Below are positions 59,931 through 64,000 of a stretch of DNA of 64,000 nt, in pieces (position 1 is the stretch's first letter; each line of letters begins with the position of its first letter). Under the pieces are notes generated by a model that was given only the letters and a program-made list of their open reading frames with translations, made no database searches and was not told the DNA's origin. This stretch comes from the human T2T-CHM13v2.0 reference genome, Homo sapiens: assembly GCF_009914755.1 (NCBI RefSeq), contig NC_060925.1, one strand, 5' to 3'. The position numbers and the translations under genes are program-made.

Positions 59931-60951
59931 CTTAGACACAGGGTGGGGAACATCACACACCAGGGCCTGTTGTGGGGTGGAGAGAGAGCATTAAGCGATA
60001 TACCTAATGTAAAGGATGAGTTAACGGGTGCAGCACACCAACATGGCACATGTATACATATGTAACAAACCTGCACGTTGTGGCACATGTACCCTAGAAC
60101 TTAAAGCATAATAAAAAAGAAAAGAAAAAAAACCCACCACAAAAAAAATAAAAAAAAATAAACCAACAAACAAACACAACCTAAATTCCCTGAATGGGCT
60201 TAACAGTGGAATGAACATTGCAGAAGTACTGATGCCTCAAGATGGATCAATAGAAATGATGTAAACTGAACAAATGAAAAAAATTTTCAGTAAACAGACG
60301 TTTAGTAACATGAGATAATAGCAAGTCTTCTAACATACGTAAAATTGGATTTCCAGAAGGAGAGGAGAAAAAAGATGAGGCAGAAAAAAAAAAAAAAAAG
60401 CCTTTGAAGAAACAGTGGCTGAGAATTTCCCAAATCTGGTACAAAACATGAACATAAAGATTCAAGAAGCTCAGCAAAACCCAGGTTAGGTAAATTCAAA
60501 GAAAATCACACATGTAATACACTTCTAAAAACCAAAGCCAGGAAAATTTTAAAGAAGCCAGAGGAAAAAGATTTATTATATACACCAGAACAATGATAAG
60601 AATGATAGCCAACCTCTGAATAGAAACAAAGGACATTGTAAAACAATTGAACATCATCTTTAAAATGCTGCAGGGGAAAAATACCTGTCAGCCTCAAATT
60701 CTATACCAAGTAAAAGGAAAAAAAAATTCTTCGGTGATTTTCCACACATTCAGTATATATGTATATATTCAGAGCAATGCCTTAAAAAAAGCATGCAGAG
60801 GCATACTTAAAAAGTATATAAGAAAATAAAAAGGACTGTTTTTTAAATACTTGATTATAAGGCAGAAAAGGATGAGTAATTGAACAAATAGATAACAAAT
60901 ATCAAGATGACAGATTTAAAAACTATCGATCAATAATTATAATTAAATACA

Positions 60952-63900
60952 GGGGTGGCTGGCAAGATGGCCAAATAGGAACAGCTCCAATCTGCAGCTC
61001 CCAGTGAGACCAACACAGAAGGCAGGTGATTTCTGCGTTTGTAACTGAGGCACTCGGCTCATCTCACTAGGACTGGTTAGACAGTGGGTGCAACCCACAG
61101 AGGGTGAGCCGAGGCAGGGTGAAGCGTCGCCTCACCTGGGAAGCTCAAGGGGTCAGGGAACTCCCTCCCCTAGCCAAGGGAAGCTGTGAGGGACTGTGCT
61201 ACGAGGAACTGTGCATTATTGCCCAAATACCACCCCTTTCCCAGGGTCTTCACAACCAGGAGACCAGGAGATTCCCTTGAATGCCTACACCACCAGGGCC
61301 CTGGGTTTCAAGCACAAAACTGGGTGGCCGTTTGGGAAGACACCAAGCTAGCTGCAGGAGTTTTTCATCATACTGGAATGCCAGTGAGAGAGAACCATTC
61401 ACTCCCCTGGAAAGGGGGCTAAAGCCAGGGAGCCAAGTGATCTAGCTCAGCAGATCTCACCCCCACAAAGCCCAGCAAGCTAAGATCCACTTGCTTGAAA
61501 TTCTCACTGCCAGCACAGCAGTCTGAAGTCGACCTGGGACGCTCGAGCTTCTTGTGGGAAGGGGTGTCCACCATTACTGAGGCTTGAGTAGGCAGTTTTC
61601 CCCTCACAGCCAGGAAGTTGGAACTGGGCAGAGCCCACCACATCTCGGCAAAGCCAGACTGCCTCTCTAGATTACTCCTCTCTGGGCAGGGCATCTCTGA
61701 AAGAAAGGCAGCAGCCCCAGTCAGGGGCTTATAGATAAAACTCCCATCACCCTGGGACAGAGCACCTGGGGGAAGGGGTGGCTGCGGGCACAGCTTCAGC
61801 AGACTTCAATGTCCCTGCCTGCCAGCTCTGAAGAGAGCAGCGGATTTCCCAGCACAGTGCTTGAGCTCTGCTAAGGGACAGACTGCCTCCTCCAGTGGGT
61901 CCCTAACCCCCGCGCCTCCTGACTGGGAGACACCTCCCAGCAGGGGTCGAGAGACACCTCACACAGGAGAGCTCTGGAGAGTGCCCCTCTGGGACAAAGC
62001 TTCCAGAGGAAGGAACAGGAAGCAATCTTTGCTGTTCTGCAGCTTCTGCTGGTGATACCCAAGCAAACAAGGTCTGGAGAGGACCTCCAGCAAACTCCAG
62101 CAGAGTTGAAGCAGAGGGGCCTGACTGTTAGAAGGAAAACTAACAAACAGAAAGGAATAGCATCAACATCAACAAAAAGGATATCCACACAAAAACCCCA
62201 TCCAAAGGTCACCAACATCAAAGACAAAAGGTAGATAAATCCATAAAGATGAGGAAAGCCCTGTGCAAAAAGGCTGAAAATTCCAAAAACCAGAATGCCT
62301 CTTCTCCTCCAAAGGATCACAACTCCTCGCCAGCAAGGGAACAAAACTGGACAGAGAATGAGTTTGACGAATTGACGGAAGTAGGCTTCAGAAGGTGGGT
62401 AATAACAAACTCCTCTGAGCTAAAGGAGCATGTTCTAACACAATGCAAGGAAGCTAAGAATCTTCAAAAAAGGTTAGATGAGTTGCTAACTAGAATAACC
62501 AGTTCAGAGAAGAACATAAATGACCTGATGGAGCTGAAAAACACAGCATGAGAACTTCGTGAAACATACACAACTATCAATAGCCAAATCAATGAAGTGG
62601 AAGAAAGGATATCAGAGATTGAAGATCAACATAATGAAATAAAGTGTGAAGACAAGATCAGAGAAAAAAGAATGAAAAGGAACAAACTTGGCCTCCAAGA
62701 AATATGGAACTATGTGAAAAGACCAAACCTACGTTTGATTGGTGTACCTGAAAGTGACAGAGAGAATGGAACCAAGTTGGAAAACACTCTTCAGGATATT
62801 ACCCAGGAGAACTTCCCCAACCTACCAAGGCAGGCAAACATTCAAATTTAGGAAATACAGAGAACACCACAAAGATACTCCTCAAGAAGAACAACACCAA
62901 GACACATAATCGCCAGATTCACCAAGTTTGAAATGAAGAAAAAAATGTTAAGGGCAGCCAGAGAGAAAGGTCGGGTTACTTATAAAGGGAAGCTCATCAG
63001 ACTAAGAGCAGATCTCTCTGCAGAAACCCTACAAGCCAGAAGAGAGTAGGGGCCCAATATTCAACATTCTTAAAGAATTTTCAACCCAGAATTTCATATC
63101 CAGCCAAACTAAGCTTCATAAGTGAAGGAGAAATAAAATCCTTTACAGACAAGCAAATGCTGAGAGATTTTGTCACCACCAGGCCTGCCTTACAAGAGCT
63201 CCTGAAGGAAGGACTAAATATGTAAAGGAAAAACAGGTACCAACCACTGCCGAAACATGCCAATTGTAAAGACCATTGACACTATGAAGAAACTGCATCA
63301 ACTAACAGGCAAAATAACCAACTAGCATCATAATGACAGGATCAAATTCACACATAACAATATTGACCTTTACTGTAAACGGGATAAATGCCCCAATTAA
63401 GAGACACAGACTGGCAAATCGGATAGAGTCAAGACCCATAGGTGTGCTGTATTCAGGAGACACATCTCATATGCAGAGACACACATAGGCTCAAAATAAA
63501 GGGATGGAGGAACATTTACCAAGCAAATGGAAAGCAAAAAAAAAAAAAAAAGCAGGGGTTGCAATACTAGTCTCTGATAAAACATACTTTAAACCAACAA
63601 AGATCAAAAAAGACAAAGAAGGGCATTACATAATCGTAAAGGGATCAATGCAACAAGAAGAGCTAACTATCCTAAATATATATGCACCCAATACAGGAGC
63701 ACCCAGATGCATAAAGCAAGCCCTTAGAGACCTATAAAGAGACTTAGACACCCACACAATAATAGTGGGAGACTTTAACACCCTGCTGTCAATATTAGAC
63801 AGATCGACAAGACAGAAAATTAACAAGGATATTCAGGACTTGAACTCAGCTCTGGACCAAGCGGACCTAATAGACATCTATAGAACTCTCCACCTTAAAT

Positions 63901-64000
63901 CAATAAAATATACATTCTTCTCAGCATCACATTGCACTTATTCTAAAATTGACCACATATGGGAAGTAAAACACTCCTCAGCAAATGCAAAAGAATGCAA
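60952..64000 (+). mobile_element. Second LINE-1 with intact 5' end (L1PA7/8-like), runs off the window
   Basis: ggggtggctggcaagatggcc 5' end; longer 5' UTR; disrupted ORF1 from 62249; start of the ORF2 endonuclease (~63332 onward). Confidence 0.92.

Overview
This is primate, almost certainly human, genomic DNA, recognised from the encoded proteins as the NME7-BLZF1-CCDC181 locus (chr1q24, recalled). It holds three genes. (1) NME7, minus strand: exon 1 contributes only the ATG at 21022-21020, and bases 1-21019 are intron 1. (2) The complete BLZF1/Golgin-45 gene, plus strand, head-to-head with NME7 at a CpG-island promoter: one non-coding exon plus six coding exons that splice to an intact 400-codon ORF. 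(3) The last two coding exons and 3' UTR of CCDC181, minus strand, converging on BLZF1. The rest is mostly interspersed repeats: Alu, L1, L2, ERV1/ERVL/MaLR LTRs and DNA-transposon MERs, including a full-length dead L1PA5/6-like element and a second L1PA7/8-like element in the CCDC181 intron. No prokaryotic-type system is present and I found no convincing new protein-coding gene. The most interesting sequence-level observations are regulatory or structural: a strong-Kozak uORF ending 4 nt before the exon-terminal NME7 start codon; RFX X-boxes and an ETS cluster in the shared promoter; a BLZF1 exon 3/4 junction that exactly rebuilds the exon 1 donor (recursive-splicing candidate); a probable BLZF1 3'-UTR intron leaping over the CCDC181 last exon; a NAGNAG acceptor in CCDC181; a near-adjacent inverted Alu pair; a (GGAA)16 microsatellite; a template-switch-like palindrome; and an ancient deletion junction fusing L1, THE1 and a PABL-like provirus. 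Repeat subfamily names come from recalled consensus sequences and need RepeatMasker/Dfam confirmation.
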